A DNA stretch of 64,000 nucleotides from Waterburya sp. (lineage in GTDB: Bacteria > Cyanobacteriota > Cyanobacteriia > Cyanobacteriales > Xenococcaceae), in NCBI GenBank assembly GCA_965217895.1, contig CBDCJV010000002.1, forward strand, positions 3,936,001-4,000,000, in the 5' to 3' direction. Within the stretch, counting starts at the first letter, position 1; each line of letters opens with the position of its first letter. The translations under genes were made by a program, and so were the position numbers. The notes under the pieces were generated by a model, which did no database searches, was not told the origin of the DNA, and saw only the letters and a list, made by a program, of their open reading frames with translations. Shown here piece by piece: positions 9,631 through 20,154 of the stretch.

Positions 9631-10290
9631 ATGCCTCAGAACCTTTCAGTCAATACTAGCGATCGCCTATTTGAAGTCAACCCAGACTGCGAAAACTGGA
9701 TTGTTGACGATGATAGTTCCACCGAAGCTTATTATCCTCAAGAAAAAGAGTTGGCCGTAGATCCCTATCGCCTTTTTCGTTTTCTAACCGATTTAGAAGA
9801 TATTTTGCTGGATATACCTAATGATCGCGATCGCCTCAAAGCCATTATGCCTTTGGTGCGACATTTGTTAACCAGTTCTTATTGGTTACAGATGGAATAC
9901 GATCAACCTTCGCCTAAAACTGGCTGGTCTGTCAAAATGCTGTATCGTGAACCAGAATATCCTCTGACAGTACAGATGGTAGCTTGGCAACCAGGAAGCG
10001 TATCTCCAATTCATAATCATGGTGCGTGGGGAATCGTGGCTTTAATAAGTGGCGAAGAAAAAAATCGTTTTTGGAAGCGATCGCCAACTGCTGAACATCC
10101 CGATCGCTTAGAGTTGGTTGGAGAACAAATTTTGCAACCAGGAGAAATTATTAGCTTTATGCCTGATGCTATTCACAGCGTCGAATCCATTGGCAATGAA
10201 CCAACGATCTCATTTAATCTTTACGGTGAGACTAACTACAAACAGCGTTATGAATTTGAGGTCACAAATCATACTGCAACTAACTTTTAA
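9631..10290 (+). CDS. Cupin, cysteine-dioxygenase-like
   Basis: WQPGSVSPIHNHGAWG and IHSVE cupin His motifs; ISFNLYG. Confidence 0.8.
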   Translation: MPQNLSVNTSDRLFEVNPDCENWIVDDDSSTEAYYPQEKELAVDPYRLFRFLTDLEDILLDIPNDRDRLKAIMPLVRHLLTSSYWLQMEYDQPSPKTGWSVKMLYREPEYPLTVQMVAWQPGSVSPIHNHGAWGIVALISGEEKNRFWKRSPTAEHPDRLELVGEQILQPGEIISFMPDAIHSVESIGNEPTISFNLYGETNYKQRYEFEVTNHTATNF

Positions 10291-10317
10291 TAACATTGTT
10301 AATTCTTAAAGCCTTTG

Positions 10318-10345
10318 TGACCTCTGACCTCTGACCCCTGACCTC
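10318..10345. repeat. Heptamer tandem repeat (STRR-type, TGACCTC)
   Basis: tgacctc tgacctc tgacccc tgacctc between convergent genes. Confidence 0.8.
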
Positions 10346-10347
10346 GT

Positions 10348-11148
10348 TCACTTTCCCACAATTCCTGACCACTGAACTTGTTTTTCCCCCGTGCGTCGGT
10401 AAGAGAAAAAGCGATCGCTTTGTTGATAAGTACAGTATGGTGCGATCGCTATATGTTCAGGATTAATATCTAATTGTTCCAACTGAATTTGATTAACCCT
10501 TGGCACGTCTATACGTACCTTTCCTGGTAATTCATCAGAGGAAATCGGAGAATTAGGTAATTGCCTTAATGCTGCTAATATTTCAGCCTCAGTTTTGCTC
10601 TGGGCATTAGTAATAATAGTTTTACCCACTTCTACGGCAACACCTTCGTCTACCTGATAAACTTTACCAGCGATTGCAGGACCAATGGCAATTCGCAGAT
10701 TTTCTTTTTTGCTATCTGATTCTAGAAATCGAGCGATCGCACCCGAAACTATTTTTTTTGCTGTACCTCGCCATCCTGCATGAATAGCACAGACTTTACC
10801 TGTAACTATATCTCCCATCAAGACAGGAGTACAGTCGGCACTAGCTGCCCAAACAGATTGCTGTGGGTGTTCGCTCATAACTCCATCGGCATCAGTCAAA
10901 GAGTTAGCTAAATAATTTTTTTCTTCAATTTCTTGGGAGGTCAATATTACATTGCCATGTACCTGCTTAACTCTATAAGCAGTTGTATTGGGTTGCAAAA
11001 ATAGAGTTAAATCTTCTGGAGTACGGGGATAAAACTGCTTAGTAAAAAAGCCATGTTGCCAATTGGATAATACATTACAGGTTAGGTAAGAATAATCCTG
11101 CCAAGTTTGCCATTGCCAAATGCGATCGATATTTCCTGAGTCAGTCAC
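10348..11148 (-). CDS. pgeF: Peptidoglycan editing factor PgeF (YfiH family)
   Basis: QVHG, ADCTPVL, HAGWRG, IGPAI and FFSYRR motifs. Confidence 0.93.
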   Translation of the reverse strand: MTDSGNIDRIWQWQTWQDYSYLTCNVLSNWQHGFFTKQFYPRTPEDLTLFLQPNTTAYRVKQVHGNVILTSQEIEEKNYLANSLTDADGVMSEHPQQSVWAASADCTPVLMGDIVTGKVCAIHAGWRGTAKKIVSGAIARFLESDSKKENLRIAIGPAIAGKVYQVDEGVAVEVGKTIITNAQSKTEAEILAALRQLPNSPISSDELPGKVRIDVPRVNQIQLEQLDINPEHIAIAPYCTYQQSDRFFSYRRTGEKQVQWSGIVGK

Positions 11149-11391
11149 AGAATTAGAATTTGAAAAGGACTAGCAATTATTGTATGTCGATTAACCTTGA
11201 ATTATGGAAAGATGACGTTAATAGAAATCTTGCACGAATCAAAAATATCGGTTGAGAATGGGGTCAGAAGTCAGGAATCTAAGACTAGTATTGAAAGCAA
11301 AAGATCTAGTGAACTACGACTATTTCTAGACAGTCTAAATGTTAAGTTCGCGACTCAATATCAGTCTTCGTTTAGATGTGAATACTTATCA

Positions 11392-11630
11392 AAAAGCTCT
11401 TAGCTCTTAGCTAAAAGCTAAGAGCTTCAGAAGATTACTTAAGTAAAAGGCTAACAGCTACACGGCTTCGCCGAAGCGCGCAAAGTGCGCTTGTTACGCT
11501 TTGCGTAACGTGCTATTGGGTTTAAGACCCCCAAACTTATTTGGTGGTCTGTAATTGGGAGAGGTCTAAAACCTCTTCTAATTAAGCTAATAGCTAATAG
11601 CTAACGGCTAATAGCTAGGGCGAAGCCCTT
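11392..11630. repeat. Composite of STRR heptamers (GCTAATA) and short palindromic repeats
   Basis: agctcttagct/agctaagagct inverted repeat, (gctaata)n run, and hairpins cggcttcgccg, aagcgcgcaaagtgcgctt, gttacgctttgcgtaac and gggcgaagccc. Confidence 0.75.
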
Positions 11631-11772
11631 TATTTGTATTTAAGATTACACATAACTACAAGTAGATTTAATTTTCTATAGTTACAGAGTATTAAGTTCA
11701 TTCCAGGCACTAAGATGTTCTAATTGTGGAAGAGACTTATAGCAAAGGTTGTTCATCAAGGCTGGGGAGGAT

Positions 11773-12870
11773 ATGACAGATAATCTGATTACGATTGCCG
11801 CCAATCAATTTAAGCCCAAAGATACGATTAAAGATATTCAGCAATATGGTAGCGGTAACATCAACAGCACTTTTTTAGTTACCTTAGATGACCAAAAACC
11901 ATTTATTCTTCAAAGATTGAACACTACGGTATTCACTCAGCCAAAATTAGTCATGGACAATATTTGTATTTTGTCTGACTATGTTCGTCAAAGATTAAAG
12001 TCTGATCGTATTCCCCAAAATCGCCGTTGGCTATTTCCTCAAGTCTTGTTAACTTCAGAGCAAAAAAATCATTGGAAAGCAGCAGATGGTTCTTTCTGGC
12101 GCGCCATAAGCTTTATTGATAATTCCCAGTCTTTTGACACCATTCAAGATTTTCAACACGGACAAGAAATTGGTTATGGGTTGGGTATGTTTCACCGCAT
12201 GGTTAGTAAATTGTCAGTTGAACAATTAGCCGATACCTTAGCAGGATTTCACATTACCCCTGAATATCTCCAGCATTACAATTCTGTGCTGGCTAAGGCT
12301 AAAGTCAAACAGTCCCCTGAGATTAATTATTGCTTAAAATTCATTCGCGATCGCCCTACTTTGCCTTATATTCTCGAACAAGCTAAAGCAACAGCCAAAC
12401 TCAAGCTGAGAATAATTCATGGCGATCCTAAAATTAATAATATTATGATCGATTGTTCTACCAAACAGGCAGTAGCCATGATTGATTTAGATACGGTAAA
12501 ACCTGGTTTAATTCATTATGATATTGGGGATTGTTTGCGCTCAGGCTGCAATCGATTAGGAGAAGAAACCAGTAGCTGGGAAAAGGTATCATTTGAACCA
12601 GATTTGGCAGAGGCTATTTTAAGAGGTTATCTAAAGGTGGCACAGAATTTTCTCACCGCCCATGATTATGAATATATTTACGATTCAATCCGTTTACTGG
12701 CTTTTGAATTAGGATTACGATTTTTTACAGACTACTTAGAAGACAATGTTTATTTTAATGTTAAACGCGCAGAACACAATTTAGCTAGAGCTTTGGTTCA
12801 GTTCAAGCTTACTGAGAGTATAGAAGCACAAGCAACAGCAATACAGCAGATAGTTGACTATTTGCGATGA
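11773..12870 (+). CDS. APH/choline-kinase-fold phosphotransferase (N-acetylhexosamine-kinase-like)
   Basis: GNINSTF, LQRLN, HGDPKINN and IDLDTV motifs. ATG at 11773 is preceded by GGGGAGG. Confidence 0.85.
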   Translation: MTDNLITIAANQFKPKDTIKDIQQYGSGNINSTFLVTLDDQKPFILQRLNTTVFTQPKLVMDNICILSDYVRQRLKSDRIPQNRRWLFPQVLLTSEQKNHWKAADGSFWRAISFIDNSQSFDTIQDFQHGQEIGYGLGMFHRMVSKLSVEQLADTLAGFHITPEYLQHYNSVLAKAKVKQSPEINYCLKFIRDRPTLPYILEQAKATAKLKLRIIHGDPKINNIMIDCSTKQAVAMIDLDTVKPGLIHYDIGDCLRSGCNRLGEETSSWEKVSFEPDLAEAILRGYLKVAQNFLTAHDYEYIYDSIRLLAFELGLRFFTDYLEDNVYFNVKRAEHNLARALVQFKLTESIEAQATAIQQIVDYLR

Positions 12871-13397
12871 AAAAGTCTAATTTTTCTTTAATCCCATTTT
12901 CGGCAAATACTGCACCCAATATTGAGATTACTGGTAATATCTCACGGCAGCGTAATCAATTAAATATTCAATATCTTGTAAGCAATTTAGCAGCAATTGT
13001 AATGCCGATATCCAAAGCGAATCCTACTCGGCAAAACAATCTTTGGGAACATACTTGTTTTGAGTTTTTTTTGGGACTAAAAGACACGGACAAATACTGG
13101 GAATTTAATCTCTCGCCTTCGGGAGATTGGAATGTTTTTCGCTTTTTAAAGTATCGCCACAATATAGCTGAGGAAACAATTTTCAATTCATTACTCTTTA
13201 ACTTACAACAGGTAAATATACTAGAGCTAGCTCTGGAAATTGACCTTGATAAAATCATTGACCCCAAACAAGATTTAGAGGTTGGTATTACTGCCGTAAT
13301 TAAAAATCAGGACGCTCAACTTAGTTATTGGGCATTAAATCATCCAGCCTCTAAAGCAGATTTTCATAATCGAGCTAGTTTTGCTATTGATTTGTAA
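12867..13397 (+). CDS. DOMON-like domain protein
   Basis: LWEHTCFEFF, YWEFNLSPSGDW and SYWALNHP...DFH motifs. ATGA overlap with the upstream kinase. Confidence 0.8.
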   Translation: MKKSNFSLIPFSANTAPNIEITGNISRQRNQLNIQYLVSNLAAIVMPISKANPTRQNNLWEHTCFEFFLGLKDTDKYWEFNLSPSGDWNVFRFLKYRHNIAEETIFNSLLFNLQQVNILELALEIDLDKIIDPKQDLEVGITAVIKNQDAQLSYWALNHPASKADFHNRASFAIDL

Positions 13398-13639
13398 CTT
13401 AATGTTTAGTGAAAATGAGAAAAATATATGAAGATAAAATATTTTTTTGCGTAAAAAAATTAAATACACTAATTTTATTTAAAGTTTTGGGCAGAATAAG
13501 ATTGCCATCAATTTTCAAGACTGCATGATAGTTTTACCGTCATGATAAAAAAGTAGATTCATCTAAATTTAGCCGTTAGAATATAGCAGCAGCTATTTTG
13601 ACAAAAAAGCAATATATAATTACAAACAATTTGAGGTCG

Positions 13640-14344
13640 ATGACTGAACTAACTCAAGACTTATCTTTAGCCCAAGCACACTCTTTGATCGATAGCTATG
13701 CTTTTGACTTGGGAGGTGATGATGCTGAGCAACTGCTACGGTATTGGTTAAACATATATCATGCAAGCTGGATCAGATTAGCAACCATTGAAGCTTTATA
13801 TCTGGGACGCTATAAAGCAATTTCTATCCAACATATCTTAAACGTTTGGCTGCGTATTGGTAATCCCAATACTCATTTCACCTTTGAATTTGAAAGGCTA
13901 ATTTGCCGTAAGCTACCAAAACATTTAACTAATTTTTCAGATCTAAGCGATGATGAAACTCAAACGGCTACCGATCCTCAGACAGAAATTACTTTTTCTG
14001 CTAACGACGAGCTTGTCTGTGATGCTAAAGAATTAGATCACCAACAAATTACAACATCTTTGACTGAGGTTAAGCCGACTCAAGCAGAAATTAGCCAACC
14101 AGAAAACGCTACTTCGGCTAATGATAGTTTAAATCTAGCCAAAGCTTTGGGAAATTTAAATAGCTCAGATACTCCGTCTAGCAATATTCCTCTGATTTCA
14201 GCTTTGGGACTTCCTAGCAAATCTGATTGGTCTGAATTTACTATCGGTAATAAAATAATTCATCAGTTTATTCCTTTGCCAGATGTATCTTCCTTTTTTA
14301 ATAAGCTCAAAACATTTGGCGAAGAAAAGTTAGAAGGGCAGTGA
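13640..14344 (+). CDS. Conserved cyanobacterial hypothetical protein
   Basis: WIRLATIEALYLGRYKAISI N-terminal block, low-complexity middle, and IHQFIP...FFNKLK tail. ATG follows GAGG. Confidence 0.7.
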   Translation: MTELTQDLSLAQAHSLIDSYAFDLGGDDAEQLLRYWLNIYHASWIRLATIEALYLGRYKAISIQHILNVWLRIGNPNTHFTFEFERLICRKLPKHLTNFSDLSDDETQTATDPQTEITFSANDELVCDAKELDHQQITTSLTEVKPTQAEISQPENATSANDSLNLAKALGNLNSSDTPSSNIPLISALGLPSKSDWSEFTIGNKIIHQFIPLPDVSSFFNKLKTFGEEKLEGQ

Positions 14345-14395
14345 TTCATATTACAATATGTAAAGGTAAATCTGCTTTTCGGGAATATAAATTTA

Positions 14396-15850
14396 ATGCG
14401 AGTAGCAATCGTTGGTGCAGGGTTAGCAGGCATGGCAACAGCTATAGATTTAGTTGATGCGGGTGCTGAGGTAGAAATCTTTGAATCTCGCCCTTTTGTC
14501 GGTGGAAAAGTTGGCAGTTGGCTAGACAAAGATGGAAATCATCTAGAAATGGGTTTGCACGTTTTCTTTGGCTGCTACTATAACCTGTTTGGCTTAATGG
14601 AAAAAGTAGGTGCGATCAATAATCTTCGGCTTAAACAACATACTCATACGTTTATTAACAAAGGTGGTAGAGTAGGCGAGCTAGATTTTCGTTTCCTTAC
14701 GGGCGCACCTTTTAATGGTCTTAAAGCTTTTTTTACTACTTCTCAGTTGACCGCAGCAGACAAGATAGCAAACTCTCTGGCTTTGGGTACAAGTCCAATT
14801 GTCAGAGCATTAATTGACTCGGAAGGCGCAATGAATACTATTCGCGGTTTGGACTCAATTAGCTTTGCTGATTGGTTTCGTAGCCATGGGGGAAACAACG
14901 GCAGCTTAAGAAAGATGTGGGATCCTATTGCCTATGCTTTAGGTTTTATTGATACAGAAAACATTTCTGCGCGCTGTATGTTAACTATTTTTCAGTTTTT
15001 CGCTACAAAAACTGAAGCCTCTATTTTACGAATGTTAGAAGGCTCTCCTAGTGAATATTTACACAAGCCTATTGTTGATTATTTAGAAGCAAAAGGTGCG
15101 AAGATTCATACTCGTCGTCGGGTGAGAGAAATTTTATTTGCAGATTCCCAAGACACCACGCAAGTTACAGGAATCGTGGTAGCTAATGGAGAAACAGAAG
15201 AAACAATTCGTGCCGATGCTTATGTTTGCGCTTGTGATGTTCCAGGAATTAAAAAAGTAATTCCCCCGCAGTGGCGTAAATGGTCTGAGTTTGACAATAT
15301 TTACAAACTTGATGCCGTTCCTGTAGCGACAGTACAGCTACGTTTTGATGGCTGGGTTACAGAGCTTAACGATGCAGCTAATCGCCAGCAGCTACAAGCT
15401 GTGGGCATTGATAATTTGCTCTATACTCCTGATGCTGACTTTTCTTGTTTTGCAGATCTGGCTTTAACAAGTCCAGGAGATTACTATAAACCAGGAGAAG
15501 GTTCTTTACTGCAGTTAGTTTTAACTCCAGGGGATCCTTTTATCAAAGAAAAAAATGAAGACATTGCCCAGCATATTTTAGAACAGGTACATCAGCTTTT
15601 TCCTTCTTCTAGGAAGCTAAATATGACCTGGTATAGCGTGGTCAAGCTAGCTGAATCCCTTTATCGTGAAGCACCAGGAATGGATCTTTATCGTCCGCCT
15701 CAGCAAACTCCTGTAGCTAATTTCTTTCTTGCTGGTAGCTATACCCAACAGGATTATATTGATAGCATGGAAGGAGCGACTTTATCAGGGAAGCAAGCAG
15801 CTAAGGTGATTTTAGCAAACGCAGAACAGCTAAAAGCAGTAATGGTATAG
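14396..15850 (+). CDS. zds: Zeta-carotene desaturase (CrtQ)
   Basis: GAGLAG FAD motif, [21 protein letters not shown] and YIDSMEGAT. Confidence 0.95.
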   Translation: MRVAIVGAGLAGMATAIDLVDAGAEVEIFESRPFVGGKVGSWLDKDGNHLEMGLHVFFGCYYNLFGLMEKVGAINNLRLKQHTHTFINKGGRVGELDFRFLTGAPFNGLKAFFTTSQLTAADKIANSLALGTSPIVRALIDSEGAMNTIRGLDSISFADWFRSHGGNNGSLRKMWDPIAYALGFIDTENISARCMLTIFQFFATKTEASILRMLEGSPSEYLHKPIVDYLEAKGAKIHTRRRVREILFADSQDTTQVTGIVVANGETEETIRADAYVCACDVPGIKKVIPPQWRKWSEFDNIYKLDAVPVATVQLRFDGWVTELNDAANRQQLQAVGIDNLLYTPDADFSCFADLALTSPGDYYKPGEGSLLQLVLTPGDPFIKEKNEDIAQHILEQVHQLFPSSRKLNMTWYSVVKLAESLYREAPGMDLYRPPQQTPVANFFLAGSYTQQDYIDSMEGATLSGKQAAKVILANAEQLKAVMV

Positions 15851-15890
15851 TTTTAGTTTAATCTGTTAAAAACACTCAACTCTCAAAACA

Positions 15891-16343
15891 ATGGCAGACT
15901 GGCTAGAACATACTGTACAAATAGAAGTTCCCGTACCCATAGAACTTGTATGGAGTCTCTGGTCAGATCTCGAACAGATGACTATTTGGATGAAGTGGAT
16001 TGAGTCAGTCAAAATTTTAGAAGATAATCCTGAGCTATCTCGTTGGAAATTAGCCAGTGGGAACTTCAATTTTACTTGGCTGTCTCGTATTGTTCAGGTT
16101 GTACCACAGCAGATTATTGAATGGCAATCTGTTGATGGTTTACCAAATAAAGGAGCTATTCGTTTTTATGCTCGCAAAAATAATAGTAGCGTTGTTAAAA
16201 TGACTTTTGCCTATGCTATACCTGGAATTATTGGCAAACTAATGGATAGCTTAATCGGTAACATTGTTGAATCTACCGTTATGGCGGATTTAGAGCGTTT
16301 TAAGGAATATGCTATTAAAGCTCAGGCAGAATCTGAGCAGTAG
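15891..16343 (+). CDS. SRPBCC/START-fold lipid-binding protein
   Basis: WLEHTVQIEV...WMKWI...GLPNKGAIRF; usual neighbour of zds in cyanobacteria. Confidence 0.85.
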   Translation: MADWLEHTVQIEVPVPIELVWSLWSDLEQMTIWMKWIESVKILEDNPELSRWKLASGNFNFTWLSRIVQVVPQQIIEWQSVDGLPNKGAIRFYARKNNSSVVKMTFAYAIPGIIGKLMDSLIGNIVESTVMADLERFKEYAIKAQAESEQ

Positions 16344-16937
16344 GATTCCATAAGGCGATCTGCATATTTTTGATTTCTCGAATATTTGACCGACTTACCT
16401 TTTGCATAGAAAGTTCAATCTCTCAAGCATGAGCCTTCACGGCGATTTGTTCTTCTTTTTTATTTTTACATAAGACTACCAAGATTTAATGTCAAGCATC
16501 TATTAAATCGCATTTAGTTTGAGCGTTTTTAAAGATACCGCTTCGCATATAGCAAGTTTTAATTTAACACTATTTTGTATTCATTAAAACTCTTTTCAAT
16601 GTGGAAGGAGTTGAATTTTGCATAGACTTATATTGAAGACGCAAAAACAGCAGATTCTCAACCCTATGCTGAATTGTTGGAAATATTAGGAACTGTCGAA
16701 ATCTTTAGGGGGGTCGCACCGCAATCCTCAGTCCCTAATCGCAATTTGAACCATCTTATATTTAATTACAACCACCTACTTATTTAGATCTAAATCACAG
16801 CTTTTTTATTAATTTGCCTTTAATTTATAAATACCATATTAATTATTCGAGCAGTTGGATAAATTTAATTATCTGAAATTTATCCAGCTTAATAAAATCG
16901 CCCTATTTAATAAATTGTCAAACCAACTGCATATTGA

Positions 16938-19463
16938 TTGGTAATTAATAAAATGTTCTATGAAATGCAATTTAAGCCAGGGAAAATAGTTCAGCTAACT
17001 GAAAATATTTGTGACTCTAGCTCTATACTCTTATTAGAAAAAATATATGATGTAGCTATTATTTTTGATGATAGTCGAAATTGTATCTTCTTAAATTCTG
17101 CTGCTGAACAAGTGTTAGGCGATCGCGCCGATATTTCTCTCATAGGCGACTGGATTCGCTCTAAAACTCAAGATATCGTACAACAAGCTATGAGTTTTAA
17201 GGTAGAAGAATTGCCCTTAAGAATTAATGCCCTTGAAGATAATCAGTTTGATGAATTGGAAGTAAGCCTAAGTAAGCTAGAGATGTCAGAGGAATTTTTG
17301 CAAGAGTTAAACCAGCAAAAATCATTAGCTATTCGAGAACCAAAAGTCAAGCCTGAATATGCACCCGTAGAAGAGATCATCGATTTTCCAGATGCAAAGG
17401 GTGTCATTTGCGATCGCCTGACGGGCTTGCCTAACTATAATTTGTTGTTAGAAAATATTGAACAAGAAATATGTTTTGCTCAAGAAAAGTTGGGGTACGA
17501 ATTTGTAATTTTATTTGTCGATATTAATCGTTTCAAAGTAATTAATAGTAGCTTGGGGAGAATTTTAGGCGATCGCCTGTTAATAGCCATTTCTGAAAGG
17601 TTACAGACTTGTTTGCGCTCTCACGATTTTATTGCCCGCATGGGGAATGACGAATTTGCTATTCTACTAAGTAATGTTGAACATTTAAACTATGCAACTA
17701 ATGTTGCCGAAAGAATCCAGCGAGAGCTAAGTATACCTTTTAATCTCGGTGGTTATGAGGTTTTTATTGAAGCTAGTATTGGTATTGCTCCAGGAAATAA
17801 AGATTATACTAAACCCGAATATTTATTAAGAGATGCTGAACTAGCGGTATCTGATGCCAAAAGGCATAGTAAATCTCGTTATCAAATATTTAATCAGTCA
17901 ATGCGTGGTAAAGCATTGACTCTGCTACAGCTTGAACACGATTTAAGAAGAGCGATTAAGCGTCAAGAATTTATTCTGCACTATCAGCCCATAATATCTT
18001 TGGGAAGTAATCAAATAAAAGGTTTTGAAGTATTGGTACGTTGGCGACATCCAGAAAAGGGATTGATTTCCCCTGGCAAGTTTATTCCTCTAGCAGAAGA
18101 CACGGGATTAATTATTCCTCTTGGTTTTTGGGTACTAGAAGAAGCTTGCAGACAGATGTATGACTGGCAAGTCAAGTTTGGTGCTTTAGCTGATTGGAAA
18201 GTTAGCGTCAACATCTCAAGTAAACAGCTAGCTTTACCTAATTTTGTTGCCCAGGTTAAGCAGGTTTTACAAGAAACTAAGTTAAATCCCTATAACCTCA
18301 AGCTAGAAATTACCGAAAGCTCTTTGGTAGAAGACACCCAGCATACAATTGCCATTCTTAAAGAGTTAAAAGCTATTGGCATTGAATTTTCTCTAGATGA
18401 TTTTGGCACTGGTTATTCTTCTTTGAGTTATCTGCACCAATTTCCCTTTGATACTATAAAAATTGACCGTTCTTTTGTAAATACTATCGGTGACAACGTT
18501 GAAAAATCAGGCATTGTGCGCGCAATTGTCACTCTCGCTCGTAATTTAGGCATGGATACCATAGCTGAAGGTATTGAAACAGTTAATCAATTAGCACAAT
18601 TAAAAGCTTTAAAATGCGAGTATGGTCAAGGATTTTATTTATCCAAACCCTTAGATAAAGATATTTTTGAGAGTATTATTGCTGCTGAAATTACTAGTCC
18701 AAGCCTAACAGAGATAGAAGATTATAATTCCCTTTTAGATGAACAGATTGCTAGAGAGCAATTATTATTTCAAATCGAACATTTACGTCAAGAGTTGGCG
18801 GAAGTTAAGTTAGAAAAGGCAGATCTAGAAATCATGCTAGAAACTACTACCGAACACGCAGACTTGGTAGAGGCACAGCTACACAGTGAAATTTGCGATC
18901 GCCAGAAAGCACAGGCTGCTCTAAGTCTGGCAAATAGAGAATTAGAGAAACTAAGCGTTCTCGATAGCTTAACCCAGGTGGCAAATCGTCGTCGATTTGA
19001 TGATTATCTAATTACCGAATGGCAGAAGCTCAAACAAGAACAAGCTCCTTTAGCACTGATTTTATGTGATATAGACTATTTCAAATTCTACAATGATACT
19101 TATGGTCATCCCATTGGGGATTATTGTTTACAACAGGTAGCATTAGCGATTGAATGTGTAATTGAATCTACTCCTGGTTTGGTAGCTCGTTATGGTGGGG
19201 AAGAGTTTGGAATTATTTTGCCTAATGCTAATAAACAACAAGCCCTGAGAGTAGCTCAAAAGATTGCCGTTAGCGTCAACCAACTGCATATTACTCATCA
19301 AAATTCTTTGGTTAGTGAATATGTGACTATTAGTCTAGGTGTACATAGCTTAATACCTGACTCTGACACTGCACCCGACCTTCTGGTTGCTCTAGCAGAT
19401 AAAGCACTTTATGAAGCAAAAGAGCAAGGAAGAAATCAAGCTTGTTTATATACCGCCGAATGA
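16938..19463 (+). CDS. c-di-GMP enzyme: degenerate GGDEF, EAL, coiled coil, GGDEF
   Basis: DRLTGLPN...ARMGNDEF; EVLVRW...DDFGTGYSSL; DSLTQVANRR...ARYGGEEF. Start codon uncertain. Confidence 0.92.
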   Translation: MVINKMFYEMQFKPGKIVQLTENICDSSSILLLEKIYDVAIIFDDSRNCIFLNSAAEQVLGDRADISLIGDWIRSKTQDIVQQAMSFKVEELPLRINALEDNQFDELEVSLSKLEMSEEFLQELNQQKSLAIREPKVKPEYAPVEEIIDFPDAKGVICDRLTGLPNYNLLLENIEQEICFAQEKLGYEFVILFVDINRFKVINSSLGRILGDRLLIAISERLQTCLRSHDFIARMGNDEFAILLSNVEHLNYATNVAERIQRELSIPFNLGGYEVFIEASIGIAPGNKDYTKPEYLLRDAELAVSDAKRHSKSRYQIFNQSMRGKALTLLQLEHDLRRAIKRQEFILHYQPIISLGSNQIKGFEVLVRWRHPEKGLISPGKFIPLAEDTGLIIPLGFWVLEEACRQMYDWQVKFGALADWKVSVNISSKQLALPNFVAQVKQVLQETKLNPYNLKLEITESSLVEDTQHTIAILKELKAIGIEFSLDDFGTGYSSLSYLHQFPFDTIKIDRSFVNTIGDNVEKSGIVRAIVTLARNLGMDTIAEGIETVNQLAQLKALKCEYGQGFYLSKPLDKDIFESIIAAEITSPSLTEIEDYNSLLDEQIAREQLLFQIEHLRQELAEVKLEKADLEIMLETTTEHADLVEAQLHSEICDRQKAQAALSLANRELEKLSVLDSLTQVANRRRFDDYLITEWQKLKQEQAPLALILCDIDYFKFYNDTYGHPIGDYCLQQVALAIECVIESTPGLVARYGGEEFGIILPNANKQQALRVAQKIAVSVNQLHITHQNSLVSEYVTISLGVHSLIPDSDTAPDLLVALADKALYEAKEQGRNQACLYTAE

Positions 19464-19748
19464 TTAGTAATTACTAATTACTTAATAAAGTAGGCATAAT
19501 TATTTTTAATCTAAACTACAGTTATGGAAATTGCTTTCCTTCAAGTCCAACGGAGTCTTTAAAGCCGTCCGCAATGCAGTTGCGCTTTTTCCTTTTTCTT
19601 TTACTCCTGCCCAGAACTTGATTTTTTGTTTCACTGCGTCAGTCCTAATATACTTTGCTCAGTTTCGACCGATTAAGTCATCTCTGCAATAATAATGTGG
19701 TGTTGAATATTTAAAGCGTTTAAAAACTAAAATTTAGGGGAGAAAACA

Positions 19749-20132
19749 GTGGAGTGGAAAGTAAGAGGCATTCGGGGGGCAACGACTGTAGCTGAAAATA
19801 CGCCCAAGGCGATCGCTGAGGCAGTCAATGAACTATTAGATGAAATTGAGGCACACAATCAGTTTCAGGCAGAAGATATAGTTTGCGTCTTTTTTACTAC
19901 CACTGCCGATCTGGACACTCTGTTTCCTGCTGCTGCTGCCAGGAAACGTCCTGGTTGGAATCATGTCCCTCTAATAGATCTACATCAAATGAAAGTAAAA
20001 GGCAGCTTAGAATATTGCATTAGGATTTTGATTCAAGTCAATACTCTTTATGCTCAATCGGCAATGGTTCATCGTTATTTGCGACAGGCACAGAGTTTAC
20101 GTCCAGACTTAGATATTCAAATGTATAGCTGA
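19749..20132 (+). CDS. aroH: Chorismate mutase, AroH class
   Basis: VRGIRGATT, FPAAAAR, CIRILI and YLRQAQSLRPD motifs. Confidence 0.93.
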   Translation: MEWKVRGIRGATTVAENTPKAIAEAVNELLDEIEAHNQFQAEDIVCVFFTTTADLDTLFPAAAARKRPGWNHVPLIDLHQMKVKGSLEYCIRILIQVNTLYAQSAMVHRYLRQAQSLRPDLDIQMYS

Positions 20133-20154
20133 TAATTAATTTATCTAAAGTAAA

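Noticed and set aside
16600..16790. Coding-like remnant or element end upstream of the GGDEF gene
   Set aside because: No start codon, partner inverted repeat or recognisable homology.
19505..19690. Short minus-strand coding-like stretch (VKQKIKFWAGVKEKG...)
   Set aside because: Too short, with an upstream stop and no recognisable family.
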